A stretch of DNA of 64,000 bases from Macrostomum lignano. Lineage: Eukaryota. The translations under genes were made by a program, and so were the position numbers. Of the stretch, positions 22,777-36,700 are shown in pieces (position 1 is the first letter of the stretch; every line of letters begins with the position of its first letter). The notes under the pieces were generated by a model. That model ran no database searches, was not told the origin of the DNA, and saw only the letters and a program-made list of their open reading frames with translations. The stretch is taken from assembly GCA_002269645.1 (NCBI GenBank), contig NIVC01000305.1, positions 124,001 through 188,000 of the forward strand. Reading direction: 5' to 3'.

Positions 22777-23484
22777 CAAAACTGTACAATAACTCGTTAC
22801 CATAGTTACCTTCTTTAGCATTCAAAAAAGCAGGGCGACTTATAAACAGGCTTGAACCGATGTTCTTTTCCAATGCTATTTGGATGACTGTCTGAGCCAC
22901 CAAATCTTCTTTAAAGAAACTAAACTTTCTGAACACCTCAAACGACGGCAGATATGTAACACTATTTAAAAATGTTGCCTGTCTGTCCAAACAAAGCTGA
23001 ATGCTATAAAAGCTAAGAAGCAAACTAATGCACTATCTTTCCTGGAATTTTAATGCCAGTCAAAAAAAACTTTTAACGATTGCATACGTTTTTATCACAA
23101 TAGTATCGCAACACTGCTAAAGGAATCGCTTCAGAAATCTGGCCTTTTACGTTCTAACTTGCTTTGACAGTAACTAAAGCTTTTAGGGTAACTGCATAAA
23201 AAACTGGGGGGGCTTTTAAAATGAGTTGGTGAAATTTTGCACTTCCCCTATTAGCTCACGTGGAGATTTATGTTTGTATCAACACAAGCAACACATGCAT
23301 GCCATGTGGGGGGGTGACACCTTGGGAGAAAGAAATAAGCATCTTAATATCCATTCACCTGTGGCGTCGAAAGTAAAATGGATCCCAAAGTTTGTCAGTC
23401 AGTCAGGTCTCTCTGAGAGTCAACCAGCAAGAACAGTCAAATCTTCAGTCGCCGTCAAGAGGCCACGATGATCCATGGGGCGAG

Positions 23485-23820
23485 TAAAGCAGCTCAGCGG
23501 TAAACCCGTCTGACTCTCGGTGCTCTCGGGGTCATTTGGGGCTTGTTTTCACGAAGATTGACCGCGAGGTTGTCGTGTGATTCAAACCATGAGTACCAAC
23601 CCTCAAGACACAGAGAGTGTACATGCCGGACGATTTGAAAGTCAACGGGCCGGCTGTACACCCCGTGTGAGCGTGTGTGCAGCTGAGTACAGTATTGCGA
23701 ACATACAGTATGTGCTCAGGATTCAAGCGGAATGGCCGCAGAACTGGTTGTGAGAAGATTACGGCGAAATCGTTGCACCAGCGAGCTCACTGTGGCGGTA
23801 CCTACGGTGTAGCTTGTATA
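23485..23820 (+). mobile_element. Possible SINE-like insertion
   Basis: A-box-like gcagctcagcggtaa at the start of a GC-richer island ending in an AT-rich tail; single copy in the window. Confidence 0.3.
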
Positions 23821-24421
23821 TATATCCAAATCAAAATAATTTAAGTTGCACACTTGTACATCTGCAATACATTTATAATTTAGTAAAAAGCAAAAATCTA
23901 GCTAAAATGTTTATGTTTAGGATATTCGTAGCATCAAGAATAGAAAAAAAAATCTTGGATAATCTGAAGAATACCAAACCACATCAGCCAATACATTTGG
24001 AATGCATAAATTAAACACAATGGGCGCCGTGAATACACTGGGATCTTCAAAATACACGCATCTACTGGTTAAGAATAACTATAAATTTTGTTACATAAAT
24101 TTTTAGATACAATTTCGTATTAAATATGAATATGAAGAATTTAAAAAATAAATTAAAACAAAATAAAAATGTTAAAATAATAAAATACTGGCTACAGCGG
24201 ATAAAAAGTTTCACAAAAATGGTAAAAATACAAGCGATAAATAATATTTGTTTTACTTTTGAATAAATACTTCTATATCAGACGCAAAAAATGATATTTA
24301 GTGTCGAAAATATTAGTTTTTATATTATTAGTTTTACTAGGCTAGTAATAAATTTTGAATTCGTGCCTTGCGAGAAATTAGTCGATATTGTTTAAGATTC
24401 AAAAGTGCGCGTCTCAGTCAG

Positions 24422-26704
24422 TCACAGGTACACCGGCGGGCTGTACGGTGGAGGCGGCTGCGATGATGTCGCAGTGGACGAACCCGACGGTCCTTCAGCA
24501 GCGGCAGCTGCACGCGGCAGCTCAGGCTGAGATGTGTACGGCGGCGGCGGTTGTTGAAGCTCCTCGCCGGACACCTTCAGCGACACAGTCGGCACTGGCA
24601 AAGCTTCACTGTTGTAGAACGCAGCCGATCCGTACGCGGGCGCCGACGGCTCCGACAGGACGCCGAAGATGCCGACGCCGCAACGACGGAAGCTGGAGGT
24701 CAGGCGGGAAGCGAAGCTCGTCTGAGTTGCCGCAGGGGCTGAGGCTGCGGCGGCGGTGGTGGCGGCTGCAGCTAATCGCTTCTTTTTGCACCGGATGGCG
24801 CAGATGATGGCGATGATAGCCGACACGGCAAGGACGATGAAAACCGACAAACAGCCGAGCACGATCGCGAACGGCTTTGGTGGATAATCGTCTATAATAA
24901 TTCCTGGATTAGGGAGGCCAGGGGATGGGGGATTAGTGCGAAAGTTAAACATAAAATTCATTGATTTGTCGTTTTCTTTTATTGTTACTACAAGTAGGTT
25001 TTAAAGAAAATGTAGATCTAAAATAACTACTGTACTTCTGTCTTCAAAAGCCAACAACACCTAATTCGTCGGTTGCTCGAATTTCAATCAAGTGAATCTA
25101 AATAAATTTAAAGGTGAGAGGGCCAGCACCAGGGCGCCAGCACCAGGGCGCCAGCACCAGGGGCGCCAGCACCAGGGACAGCACCAGGGGTAATTATCCC
25201 ACGAGACAAATCAACCGAGCACTCTGGGACTCACTCGGAGTTCCGCAGTTAGCACCAGTGCAGTTCAGACTCTGCTCTTGTTTCTCGCTGTACGCCTTTG
25301 AGCCGAGGCAGGTGTCATCCGAGCCGGCAGTCCAGTGTGTGTACGGACAAGCGCAGCGACGGTCGCGAGTTCGAATTCGTTTGTACTGTCGGTGAGGCGA
25401 GAAGGAACCGTAGCTCCAGGTGCTCCAGTACTCCCAGGGGCACCACACGGTGTCGTAGTAGGGTTCCGGACTGCAAATTGGGATAGATAGACACTTTCAT
25501 GTTCGTGTCAGTAGGTCTAGTAGCTACAAAACTTGACACAGTACAGTAATAACTGCTCTTTACGACCCTCGCTCCGGTGTTGAGAATGCGGAGTACTTTA
25601 TTTGTGACTGCATGCTCCGCCCTCACTCAGGACAGGCTCGTGCTTCTACCTCGGCCCAAACCCGGATCTCTCCGACGTTTTTAGGCCTAAGAATTTCTGC
25701 CAGCTTGTCCGCTACCTACATGTAAGGGCTACCGGGCGAGCGACTATCTACCTCCTGGACTCTCTGGAGGGGGGCCGCCCTGTGGACACCGGCACCACAC
25801 CGGATCTCCCTGCGCGACAACACAGCACTAGCTTGATTTATGTTGTCTTAAATTCAATGCACTGGAGTGCCTCTGGATGTAGTTCAAGACAAAAAATTGT
25901 CTCGGAAGATGCCTCCAGATGAAAGGTTAATGGATCTTTACAAGTGCCTTGGAAAAACTCAGATATGTACCTCAAAAAGTGTAAGAAAGATTTAGGCTAA
26001 AAGGCAACTAGAATTTCCTGGAAGTCTGTTCATGTATCGCGGAGAAAGTGTCCAGAAGGAGTGTTAGTGTACTCGTATTAACCATAAAAGCTTGTAGAAC
26101 ACTGATTTAGAAGTGCTCGAGACGTAGGCAGGGAAGGACCCCTAGAGTATGCCTGACTGAAAGGAGGTTCATGAACCACTAAATAGATCGAAGAACCTGA
26201 TTCTTATAGAAAACGTCATTAAAGTGCATTGGAGAAAGTTCATAGACTCCTAATTAAGGCATCAATAACTCACACAGGATAGGCAGTGGCGCACGCGTTA
26301 ACCTTCAAAGAAGTCGAGAAAGTTCTCCAATGAGTCGATCTATTGGCTGGACAGCTCATGCCTCGATAATAAACAGCTCTAGCCATGTTTTTAATCCATT
26401 GCTCGCCGCCTTCTTCCCTACGCCACGAGTCCTTATCTGGTCCCGGACACGACGTGGCAGAAGCTGGAGGCTCAGTGTTGCAGCAAAACCGCTTCCTTCG
26501 CATCCGGCATTCAACTGTTTCATGCATGTCGGACCAATCATCCGGAGTTCTGTGAGTCTCGCAAGTCCACGGCAGCCAGTCGCACCAGCCGGTCAGTTCG
26601 TCTGCTGTCACTGACGCATCTTTTGCTGCCCCTAGAAGAAGCAGAACAGTTACAGCGACCAACATTGCCCGGGAAATCAGCGCTTTAGGCTGCGTATCGG
26701 ACAT
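24422..26704 (-). CDS. Type I membrane protein with thrombospondin type-1-like repeats and two cytoplasmic PPxY motifs (~382 aa); exons 26704-26274, 25470-25235, 24903-24422
   Basis: Signal peptide [15 protein letters not shown]; WCDWLPWTC...[10 protein letters not shown] and [11 protein letters not shown]...[12 protein letters not shown]1-like motifs; [25 protein letters not shown] followed by KKKR; PPPPY twice; GTGAGT donors in phases 2 and 1 join the ORFs in frame. Confidence 0.75.
25124..25190. repeat. 13-bp tandem repeat (gcaccagggcgcca-like)
   Basis: 4-5 copies in intron 2 of the TSP1 gene. Confidence 0.8.
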
Positions 26705-27298
26705 CGGACTTTCTGTTATTACACGCGAACTGAGTGAGTTGTTGAACTTGAGCTGTTCTGGCGAAAAAGCTGCGCCCCAGCTTAATAAACATGTTGATGA
26801 TGATGGGGCGTTGCTAGAGCTAAGTTTTTCTGCTCTCTTGTCTGCCCCCCCCCGTCTGCACATGGGAAAGTACATTTACAGCAGAGGATAGAGATAGAAG
26901 TTTCTCTGCACCCCGTACGCGGTTTCTTGCTGCAGCCCTCCGCCGTGGATCAATAGCTGAGGTCGGGGAGGGGGGTACAAGGAGTCGAAATGAATTTCTT
27001 CTCGTGAGTACGCGCACAGCGTTATAAATATCCAACAGTTTAGAACAAAAGACCCTTGCGCGTCTGCGTTTCTATACTTTGCTTAACTAGATCTCTCTAG
27101 CTAGAGTCAAGAGAGTCAAACAAACGAAGCAAAACGGTCTTAATAGTTCAGTAGATGAACCAACGTCGGTTAAAGAATTTATGACAGATAAAAATTTTTA
27201 ACCAAGTAGCTTTGACTTTACTTTAAGTAGCTGCAGAGCAAAAGTATATTTAAATTGCAGATGTCACGTGACTGTCCTAGCAGAACGATTCCATGTAT

Positions 27299-27692
27299 CT
27301 TTAATTGAGTGGCGATTCTATGCTTAATTGAGGGGCGATTCTATCCTTAATTGAGTGGCGATTCTATGCTTAATTGAGGGGCGATTCTATCCTTAATTGA
27401 GGGGCGATTCTATCCTTAATTGAGGGGCGATTCTATCCTTAATTGAGGGGCGATTCTATCCTTAATTGAGGGGCGATTCTATCTTTGATTGAGGGACGAT
27501 TCTAACCTTGATTGAGGGGCGATTCTATCCATAGTTGAGGGAAGATTCTATCCATAATTGAGGGAAGATTCTATCCTTAATTGAGGGGCGATTCCATCCT
27601 TAATTGAGGGGCGATTCCATCCTTTATTGAGGGGCGATTCTATCCTTAATTGAGGGGCGATTCTATCTTTAATTGAGGCTCGATTCTATCTG
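27299..27692. repeat. 23-bp minisatellite (ttaattgaggggcgattctatcc) downstream of RWDD4
   Basis: Tandem units; shares the GAGGGGCGATTC core with the POLR3K-flanking arrays. Confidence 0.92.
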
Positions 27693-27829
27693 TAGCCCAG
27701 TCGCTTATCAAGATAAGTAAATATTCAAGGCCACTAAAGCATCAAATTAACATCGCAATCCGAAAGACTTGACCAGCAATAGTTATTAGTAAGCAAGAAG
27801 CGCAGAAGAGCAAAGGTTCATTTAACAGG

Positions 27830-28932
27830 TCACTGCTGCTGCGAGCCAGTCTGGGACAGGTGCCGGATGACGTCAACCCAATCCCAGCCCCTGGGCAGCT
27901 CGCCTTTGTTATCTAACCGATCATACAGACGCCGCTTCTGCGACTTGGTCATCTGCTCCTGCTTGCCCGCTGCCTGCTGCTGCTTTGCAGAAGAAGCAGA
28001 CGCAACAGAAGGAGCGGCGGCAGCGGCAGCCGCCGACTGCTGCGCTTGCGGCGACTGAAAATTTGCCGTCAACTCGGCCAGATTGTCCTTCACGTGCTGG
28101 AACAGCGTGAAAGTCATTGGAGCGCCCAGCCAGTTCTCCGCTTCCTTAGCAACCGCTGTTGTCAAGGCCGCTTTATCAGCTGCGGCGATGTGCCGATTGT
28201 AGAATGCGTCCAGGCTGATGAGGGGCGCCTCGGATGGGTAGTTGGGGCCCCAGCGAATGTCCAGCAGCAGCGACTTGCCGGCATCATCGGTCTCGAACTG
28301 CGGATTTCCGGGCGATAGGGCATTGTGGATTAGGACGGGTCTGGGATCTGGGATCTAGGATCTAGTATCTAGGATCTGGGATCTAGGATCTGGGATCTAG
28401 GATCTGGGATCTGGGATCTGGGATCCAGGATCTGGGATCTAGGATCTGGGATCTAGGATCTGGGATCTAGGATCTAGGATCTGGGATCTAGGATCTGGGA
28501 AATAGGATCTGGGATCTAGGATCTGGGATTTAGGATCTGGGATCTAGGATCTGGGATCTGGGATCTAGGATCTGGGATCTGGGATCTAGGATCTGGGATC
28601 TAGGATCTGGGATCTAGGATCTGGGATCTAGGATCTGGGATCTAGGATCTGGGATCTTGGATTCAGGATCTGAGATGGGTACAACAACAATGCAATGCAA
28701 AACATATGATGCAGAGGCACACCTTGTACTGATAATGATTATCAGCCAGCACAGTGAAGCACTCGTCACCATCATAGATGCTGAGCAGAACGTCTTTCTC
28801 TTCCTGGATAAAATTGATAAGTTGATAAAATTTATTCTAGTAAAATCAGACACAATGCTATTTATTATTCATGTAAAAAGTCTATCATAAAAAGATTACC
28901 ATCTGATCCTGTGTTAGCAGAACCTCTTCCAT
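27830..28932 (-). CDS. RWDD4: RWD domain-containing protein 4; exons 28932-28900, 28803-28723, 28297-27830
   Basis: EEKDVLLSIYDGD, WGPNYPSEAP (YP motif), MTFTLF, KSQKRRLYDRLDNKGELPRGWDWVDVIRHLS; all introns are phase-0 GT-AG. Confidence 0.92.
28343..28670. repeat. GGATCT(A/G) 6/7-bp satellite in RWDD4 intron 2
   Basis: ggatctgggatctaggatct tandem. Confidence 0.92.
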
Positions 28933-29224
28933 CGCTGCAGGATCAGAGCAGTTCAAATATTTGGTTTAAACAAAACTGAAAAAAAGAAATTGAGAAAGGA
29001 CAGGTATTTTTAGCTTATCTGATAAATTTGGACAACTAAGAAGCTACTTAAAGTAGAAAGTATAACTTTGTGTCTTTTTAATTTAGAGTCAGAGTAATGT
29101 ATATATTAATATGTAGCACGTAATTACTGTATTACAGAAGTGAATATAGATTGTATTCCAATCTAATAAATCAAAAATTAATTTCAATTGATGATTTAAA
29201 ATAGTGTCAGTTTACAGGGAGCAT

Positions 29225-29286
29225 GCGGATACTGAATTGCGGATACTGAATTGCGGATACTGAATTGCGGATACTGAATTGCGGAC
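29225..29286. repeat. 14-bp tandem repeat (gcggatactgaatt)
   Basis: Four full copies plus a partial. Confidence 0.85.
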
Positions 29287-29439
29287 ACTTCAAGTAGGTC
29301 AGGAAATATACAGACTAAAATAGCATATTGGCACTGGGATTGCTAGCATTTTAGTCAGATCGACTCGCTCTGCAAATCAATAAGCTCTGAGAACCCCTTA
29401 CTGTTAAACCAGCACAATCTGCTCTAGAATCTACCAAAT

Positions 29440-30362
29440 TTACTTTAAATCTACCCACACTACTCTAGAATCTACTCAATCTACTCTAGAATCTACCCAC
29501 TCTACTCTAGAATCTACCCACTCTACTCTAGAATCTACCCACTCTACTCTAGAATCTACCCACTCTACTCTAGAATCTACTCACTCTACGTACTCTAGAA
29601 TCTACCCAATCTACTCTAGAATCTACCCACTGAACTCTAGAATCTACCCACTTTACTCTAGAATCTACCCACTCTACTCTAGAATCTACCCACTCTACTC
29701 TAGAATCTACCCACTCTACTCTAGAATCTACCCACTCTACTCTAGAATCTACCCACTCTACTCTAGAATCTACCCACTCTACTCTAGAACCTACCCACTC
29801 TACTCTAGAATCTACCCAATCTACTCTAGAATCTACCCACTCTACTCTAGAACCTACCCACTCTACTCTAGAATCTACCCACTCTACTCTAGAATCTACC
29901 CACTGCACTCTAGAATCTACCCACTCTACTCTAGAATCTACCCAATCTACTCTAGAATCTACCCACTCTACTCTAGAATCTACCCACTCTACTCTAGAAC
30001 CTACCCACTCTACTCTAGAATCTACCCACTCTACTCTAGAATCTACCCACTGCACTCTAGAATCTACCCACTCTACTCTAGAATCTACCCAATCTACTCT
30101 AGAATCTACCCACTCTACTCTAGAATCTACCCACTCTACTCTAGAACCTACCCACTCTACTCTAGAATCTACCCACTCTACTCTAGAATCTACCCAATCT
30201 ACTCTAGAATCTACCCACTCTACTCTAGAATCTACCCACTCTACTCTAGAATCTACCCACTCTACTCTAGAATCTACCCACTCTACTCTAGAACCTACCC
30301 ACTCTACTCTAGAATCTACCCACTCTACTCTAGAATCTACCCACTGCACTCTAGAATCTACG
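29440..30362. repeat. 21-bp minisatellite (ctctagaatctacccactcta) between LZIC and RWDD4
   Basis: Highly homogeneous tandem units; gives the spurious WVDSRVE ORF. Confidence 0.95.
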
Positions 30363-30449
30363 CACATCGATTTAAGCACAAACCAATCCACTCAAAAAGC
30401 AGTCTGAACCATCCATCAAGCAACAGATCAGTTTACAGAAATAAGCCAG

Positions 30450-31849
<1,400 letters not shown>

Positions 31850-31997
31850 CGCTGCTGCTGCCTCTGCACTCTGATTGAGCAAAATGTGCCGCTGCGCCTG
31901 CTGGCCGATAGGCTGAATGCAAATCCAACATGCAATATGCGGGATAAATTTATGCTGCTGTCCGTCAGACTGGCACCCTGTGGCGGCGTCTGGATCA

Positions 31998-32000
31998 GCC

Positions 32001-32033
<33 letters not shown>

Positions 32034-32195
32034 GCCTGTATGTCTGTCTGTCTGTCTGCCTGTCTTTCTGTATGTCTGTCTGTCTGTCTGTCTGTCTGTC
32101 TGCCTGTCTTTCTGTATGTCTGTCTGTCTGTCTGTCTGTCTGTATTAGTATCTGTCCGTTTATCTGTCTGTCTGCCTGCCTTTCTGTCTATCTGA
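31998..32195. repeat. (TCTG)n microsatellite upstream of LZIC
   Basis: Tetranucleotide tandem. Confidence 0.92.
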
Positions 32196-32671
32196 TAGCT
32201 ACACCACAAAAACAAGGGCATATTTTTGTCCCTGCTTGGAAAGAATTCTGTACCTACTTTTAAACCCCTAATTTTTTAAACGATTTTTATTACAGGGCTA
32301 AAGAAATAAAAATTCAGTAAATCAATAATAAATTCATACAAAAAACCGAGCGCTAAACGTGTATTTGGCAACAGGAAAATGGCAATAAAAACAATATTTT
32401 ATAATCCCCATGAGTATAAGAATTTGACTGGATTCTGTAGACTATAAACTAAAAAATGCAAAAGAAAATGAACTCGAAAAAATGTAAAACAAAATTCTGT
32501 GCGTCTTGGCAGTTACATGTAAACTCAAGAGCTGCGACCTGAAAATGAAAAAAAATACTTCTACAGTAAACAGAAAATGAAGTGTTGAAGCTCTGCTGCT
32601 GCAGACATACTTTTAATGGAGGGCGGACTTGCGGAAGTCAGAAAACGATTCACGCAATAGAACTTTTGCTT

Positions 32672-33400
32672 CTGTGTCTATCTACCTGTCTGTGTGTCTA
32701 TCTACCTGTCTGTGTGTCTATCTACCTGTCTGTGTGTCTATCTACCTGTCTGTGTGTCTATCTACCTGTCTGTGTGTCTATCTATCTGTCTGCGTGTCTA
32801 ATTACCTGTCTGTGTGTCTATCTACCTGTCTGTGTGTCTATCTACCTGTCTGTGTGTCTATCTACCTGTCTGTGTGTCTATCTATCTGTCTGCGTGTCTA
32901 TCTACCTGTCTGTGTGTCTATCTACCTGTCTGTGTGTCTATCTATCTGTCTGCGTGTCTATCTACCTGTCTGTGTGTCTATCTACCTGTCTGTGTGTCTA
33001 TCTACCTGTCTGTGTGTCTATCTACCTGTCTGTGTGTCTATCTATCTGTCTGCGTGTCTATCTACCTGTCTGTGTGTCTATCTACCTGTCTGTGTGTCTA
33101 TCTATCTGTCTGCGTGTCTATCTACCTGTCTGTGTGTCTATCTACCTGTCTGTGTGTCTATCTATCTGTCTGCGTGTCTATCTACCTGTCTGCGTGTCTA
33201 TCTACCTGTCTGTGTGTCTATCTACCTGTCTGTGTGTCTATCTACCTGTCTGTGTCTATCTACCTGTCTGTGTGTCTATCTACCTGTCTGTGTGTCTATC
33301 TACCTGTCTGCGTGTCTATCTACCTGTCTGTGTGTCTATCTACCTGTCTGTGTGTCTATCTACCTGTCTGTGTGTCTATCTACCTGTCTGTGCGTTAATC
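32672..33400. repeat. 20-bp compound repeat (tctacctgtctgtgtgtcta) between AIG1 and LZIC
   Basis: Tandem units; gives the spurious CLSTCL ORFs. Confidence 0.95.
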
Positions 33401-33709
33401 TACCTTTCTGTGTTTATGTACCTGTTTGTGTTTATCTACCTGTCTGTCTGTTTATCTTCATGTTTTTGTTCCTCTACCTTTTTGTGTTTACGTACCTGTT
33501 TATGTGTGTAAGTGCATAATGGAGAATAACAGAGTACCTTAAGGTGTCTGAGGATGCGCAGAAAAACATTTTTTGTTATTAATTGTTTTGAAACTACTAA
33601 AAGGATACAATTTTATTGATTTCAATGCTTGTAGTTGCAGTTGTTATAGTATATAGTTATAGAACAGAGAAGCCAAACACCCGATCTTATTATATTTTTG
33701 AATCGCAAG

Positions 33710-36700
33710 CTACATCTTCTTATAATCGCCTTTAGCTTCAACACTGCGACCAATTGGTTTGTCGCCAGACTTTGGGCAGCAACGCTGATCTGAACGCGAC
33801 TTAACAGCGTACACAGCGCATGTGAACGGTACAACAGAGCCGGCGCATCCACTGATAAACAGCAGCCGCTGGCCGGGTGTGAGAACCTCCAGTATGGGAT
33901 AGACCCACCAGCCTGTGACACTGTGGATCACGTGAACCCAAGCTATGTAAGCCAGGCCAAGGCTCATGCTGGTTAGCAACAGAACCCATAGGCGGGGTGA
34001 GTCGCGGCTAGGCAGAAGACAGTAATTCACCAGCGAGGCTGCACGGTAGTGGTGGGCGGAGAGTCAGGTGCTTTGGATTGCACTTTTATTTTATCTCCCG
34101 CTATGTTTATCCCATCTCCCACTGTGTTTGTCTCATTTCTCGCTGTGTTTATCTTATCTCCCGCTGTGTTTATCTCATCTCCCACTGTGTTTATCTCATT
34201 TCTCGCTGTGTTTATCGTATCTCCCACTGTGTTTATCTCATCTCCCGCTGTGTTTAACTCATTTCTCGCTGTGTTTATCTCATCTCTTGCTGTGTTTATC
34301 TCATCTCTTGCTGTGTTTATCTCATCTCCCACTGTGTTTATCTCATTTCTCGCTGTGTTTATCGTATCTCCCACTGTGTTTATCTCATCTCCCGCTGTGT
34401 TTATCTCATCTCCCGCTGTGTTTATCTCATTTCTCGCTGTGTTTATCTCATTTCTCGCTGTGTTTATCTCATCTCTTGCTGTGTTTATCTCATCTCTTGC
34501 TGTGTTTATCTGATTTCCCGCTGTGTTTATCTTATCTTCCGCTGTGTTTATCTCATTTCTCGCTGTGTTTATCTCATCTCCCGCTGTGTTTATCTTATCT
34601 TCCGCTGTTTTTATCTCATTTCTCGCTGTGTTTATCTCATTTCTCGCTGTGTTTATCTCATCTCTTGCTGTGCATATCTCATCTCCCGCTGTGTTTATCT
34701 CATCTCCCGCTGTGTTTATCTCATCTCCCGCTGTGTTTATCATATTATAGGACCAGTAACAGGCATTAACATAAGTTACCTGGCAAAATAGCTGTGTGCA
34801 AAGCGTGATTATGCCACACAGGTATGTACTCATCTAGCTCAGTTGGATAGACCAACTCTCGATTAATTAGAAACAGTGTCCAAAATAGAACAAAGACCAA
34901 CTGAAACGAAAGGCAGGAATAGGATAATGACAGTACCTTGCAAAAGGAAGTGAATTAAAAGTAAAAGCAATATTAAATAAACAAACATTATTAAAATTCT
35001 CACTAAAGAAACAGCCGAACTGGTACCAGCAAGGACTGCATTGAATTTGTGCAGAATATTCCTATTGTCTAGGAGGCAGCAGATGACACTGAAGACTAGA
35101 CAGCCACATAGAAATACCTAAAAAATTAAAAGTAAAAATCATGCAGACATGTATTCACATACAATTATTTAAGGTATACAATAGCCATTTTACTTCAATC
35201 TAAAATTGAATATAGCATAAATCAAAATATTCTTGTGTCAAAATAGCTAGTTTCATACATGCGCAACTGCTGGCTGACCTAGCCAATCTGGCCACCGTAA
35301 ATTGTGGCGGACCAGGGGTAAGTCGCAAAAATGCCCACCCCAAAGAATACAGACATAATACTAATTAGATGACGAGGCATTTAGCCCTTGTAAGACAGTC
35401 ATAGTTACTTCTGCCGTTTATCCAAAATTGCGGTAATGTTGCTTTAGTTTCTTTCACAGGTAAGTCGCATTTTTGGTCAAAAAGTAAGTTGCATGGCCAG
35501 TGTAAATCAGGGGGGTTGCACATGTATAGCTAGTTTATTTTAAATTATTGTAATACTAATCCATAGTTGGGATTGTATGTTAGTGTACCCTAAGTTTAAT
35601 GCCAGAAAAAATGACAAGACCTCATTTGTAAGCCAGGTTTATGCACCAATATACAAAATTTGTCATTTGACTCAATGTATCTGCTATGTCATGTACACTG
35701 GGATATACCCTGGTGTATGCAAAAAATGATAAGATTCTTGTTGTACACCAAGAAATCCCAGCGTACATGTTGCCTTCCAAACTATAGATACTAATATATA
35801 TACAAAAATTTTACTTGAATATTTCACCTAAAGTCAAATTCTACTAGATTCTTATTAGTGTTCTGCCATAGCCGGCAAATATGGTAAAATAGGTGCATAT
35901 GGCAGCTACTGATACGCCTATGGTAGCTAGCTGCTCTTATTGCTACGACTACAGAAATATGGTAGTTGCTGTCACATTCCGTAGATTCCCATAGCCATAG
36001 TTATTAATGTTAAAAATTGAAAAAATATTAGAAACAGGTAGAGTAAAACAAAGATCCTTTTAGTAAAATGTATTATCAACCTAGAAACTTATAAAATATA
36101 CCTAAAAAATATAATAAAACACTAGAAAATTCTAATTTTTATTAATGTGAAAAACTTTAGTGTTAGTACTTTCAATAACAATTAAGTATTGTTGCTCTTG
36201 TAATAGGCCTTCTTCTTTTAGTAGTTTACATTTCTTAGAAAAGGTATAAATTCAAAAAAGCTATTATTTTGTTTTACTACACGAATATTTTGTATACTTT
36301 GTATATTTTCTACATTCTTTATATTACTTTTTGTTTGAAATGACAGGAAAAATTATACTATAAATAGAGGCCATTTGAGAGCCTAGCAAACCAACTTGCT
36401 CTTGTCTGTTCCTCGTTGAACAATAAGCAATTCTCAGTTGAGAAGAAATTCCATCAGCCTTGAGCTCGTATTTGCTCGTGTTACTTATTTCAAGTAGTGG
36501 ATAGTAGTTTAGGAGTTGCCCCAAGATGGGGAGTTCAGTCCATTCTCAGAGAATGAGAAATCCTAGACTTAGGAGTCTAGTAACCCGCCTTTAGGAGGCA
36601 GAAATCCTACCATAGGGTAGAGAAATCCAGGCTTAGAGTCTGCGAAACCCGCCTCAGGGCAGAATACCCAGCGAAGTGCACTGTGACCCTCTGATCTCGG

